From the IMG/VR virus record IMGVR_UViG_3300035501_000580: a stretch of 34,428 bases of DNA. One strand, written 5' to 3'. This DNA comes from a virus. Taxonomy: Duplodnaviria > Heunggongvirae > Uroviricota > Caudoviricetes. Positions 34,175 through 34,428 of this stretch are shown here, piece after piece. Made by a program: the position numbers and the translations under genes. The notes under the pieces are model-generated. The model saw only the letters and a list, made by a program, of their open reading frames with translations, was not told the DNA's origin and made no database searches. Position 1 is the first letter of the stretch; every line of letters starts with the position of its first letter.

Positions 34175-34428
34175 ATGGACAGAACTGAATATACAAGTTT
34201 TATAAACATAGATAGTCAGGATACAATATCTAATTTAATAAGTAAATTAAATAGTAACTTTGCGAAAATTAAACTGTATCTTAGTGACATAAGCGACAAA
34301 GCAAATAAATCTAATGATGATGTGATTTTAATTAAACCACATCAATCTATACATACTTTTGAATATATTGATAAAGGTAATAGTATATCAGTTAGTGATT
34401 ATAATAAATCCATAAAAGAGGATTTAAT
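34175..34428 (+). CDS. late virion protein N-terminus, truncated (MDRTEYTSFINIDSQDTISNLISKLNSNF...)
   Basis: Manual translation, open to window end; late motif upstream; D..S..KLNxNF pattern common at tail/baseplate protein N-termini. Confidence 0.55.
   Translation, partial: MDRTEYTSFINIDSQDTISNLISKLNSNFAKIKLYLSDISDKANKSNDDVILIKPHQSIHTFEYIDKGNSISVSDYNKSIKEDL

Noticed and set aside
1-34428. Active stop-codon reassignment (Lak-like code 15)
   Set aside because: All recognisable genes (terL, sbcC, clpC, dcm) are full length in code 11, with no TAG-broken frames or unexplained gaps
1-34428. CRISPR array, tRNA or rRNA genes
   Set aside because: No regularly spaced repeats or cloverleaf/T-loop signatures seen; intergenic gaps are short and mostly explained

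Overview
A 34.4-kb, AT-rich, gene-dense segment of a large T4-like (myovirus, probably jumbo) phage. It most likely infects a Bacteroidota host, based on three near-identical TTTG-N20-TAnnTTTG promoters and no consistent Shine-Dalgarno motif at the starts I inspected. I call about 49 CDSs in the standard genetic code. Virion/packaging genes: large terminase, gp13-like neck, gp5/gpV-like spike, gp53-like wedge. Replication/nucleotide genes: SbcC/gp46, clamp loader, dUTPase, dCMP deaminase, C5 DNA methyltransferase. Also present: an RNA-repair set (kinase, metallophosphoesterase, DRB0094-type RNA ligase, CCA-adding enzyme), a proteostasis set (ClpP, a ClpC-like ATPase with a degenerate first ATPase ring, DnaJ), and two paralogous free-standing endonucleases. 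The most striking unannotated structure is regulatory. Three motif classes sort the genes by function: a 41-bp host-sigma repeat (3 copies), TTTGTTAnnTTTA (10 copies, replication/repair/proteostasis genes) and CATAAATA (11 copies, mostly virion/packaging genes). They are often placed back-to-back. One orphan late promoter plus a stem-loop and terminator defines a candidate ~85-nt sRNA. All functional calls come from motif recognition by eye; no database searches were run.
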